From positions 5,084,001-5,148,000 of the forward strand of contig OZ296658.1 in the NCBI GenBank assembly GCA_965655095.1: DNA of 64,000 bases. Reading direction: 5' to 3'. Shown in pieces: positions 63,244 to 64,000 of this stretch. The position numbers and the translations under genes are program-made. Under the pieces are notes generated by a model. It saw only the letters and a list, made by a program, of their open reading frames with translations. It was not told the origin of the DNA and ran no database searches. This DNA comes from Haplodiscus bocki. Lineage: Eukaryota. Numbering within the stretch: the first letter of the stretch is position 1; each line of letters starts with the position of its first letter.

Positions 63244-64000
63244 TTAATATACAGAATGTGTTATTGTTATATTACTAAAACACATATCAGCATGAGCAGT
63301 ATCAATTTGATCGTAAATTAATTTGATACCATAATTTTCTTCTGTAAAATTTAGATTGAGAAGAGTCCAATCTGTTGCTGTATCACTATATCGATCGTTT
63401 TTAGGTATATTATATCTATTACTCCAAGTATTGTCTCTGAGTAATAGTTGTATTCTAAAACGACCCATTGATTTCAACGAATCATTAGTTAAAATTGAAA
63501 ATCTATTATAATAAAATGTTATATTACTAATTTGAATTATATCAGTCCTTTCCCAACTAACAAAGATTCTATCATGGCCATTATTATTTGAACTTGTCTC
63601 CATGTATAAAAAAGCATCGCCGATCGGTGGTAGTGCGGTGGCCCTGAAAAACTGCTTGGAGAGTTTGACTTAGTCGCTCGGATAAAGTTTGTTGTTACAG
63701 AATTGTTGTTTTTATCGTTACAAATAACCTTCCATCGTGGTAAGAGATATTGACCATTTCCCTGTTTGATAATCGTAGTATCTAAAATTTGTATCTTATC
63801 ATATTTGGCTAGATTATATGTATCATTTCCAACAGATACTTTTAAATAGTTTTGTAATGTTTGATTGAATCTAACTATAGTATTTTTATCTAGTTCATCA
63901 TCGATATATTTTTTAGTTGATAATTCATTATCTAAACTAGGATTTCTATTAACTGTAATACTATCTAAATTTATTATTTTACTATTGTTGAAATCATTGT
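63244..64000 (-). CDS. 3' part of a fibre-like protein (tail-fibre repeat plus MAM-like C-terminal domain); one frameshift near 63645
   Basis: NPSLDNELSTKKYIDD repeat unit near 63900-63945; C-terminal GDAFLYMETSS...MGRFRI...WTLLNLNF...DMCFSNITI. Confidence 0.6.

Larger units (their letters stand above)
54301..64000 (-). mobile_element. Polinton/Maverick 2 (young, very AT-rich; continues beyond the window)
   Basis: AGTAGT terminus at 54301, sharp compositional shift, densely packed minus-strand ORFs including pPolB and DDE integrase. Confidence 0.93.

Overview
Eukaryotic (animal-like, AT-rich, GT-AG introns) nuclear DNA; the organism cannot be identified from the sequence alone. A minus-strand host gene for a long coiled-coil protein can be rebuilt by hand from nine phase-compatible exons between 35641 and 5335 (about 510 codons, both ends incomplete). 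Its introns hold a decayed Ty3/gypsy-type retroelement (about 8.9-15.0 kb) whose upstream region encodes a mutated EGF-like domain plus a hydrophobic segment and an env-like relic, a ~168-bp satellite with a young 1176-bp 7-mer higher-order duplication, a MITE inserted at a splice donor, and SINE/Helitron-type debris. The right half is dominated by Polintons/Mavericks (endogenous adintovirus-like viruses). One is a complete but pseudogenised 15.65-kb element (36093-51747; ~280-bp TIRs, 6-bp TSD CCTAAT; protease, major and minor capsid, integrase, packaging ATPase, pPolB). The other is a younger, much more AT-rich element of a different pPolB lineage that starts at 54301 and runs off the window (pPolB with endonuclease VII domain, integrase, HNH nuclease, protein VI-like ORF, fibre-like ORF with a MAM-like head). 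The most unusual structure is 53948-54618: three Polinton termini stacked in the same orientation, the innermost of which is a 318-bp fold-back with AGTAGT...ACTACT ends. All family calls come from motif recognition by eye; no database searches were run.
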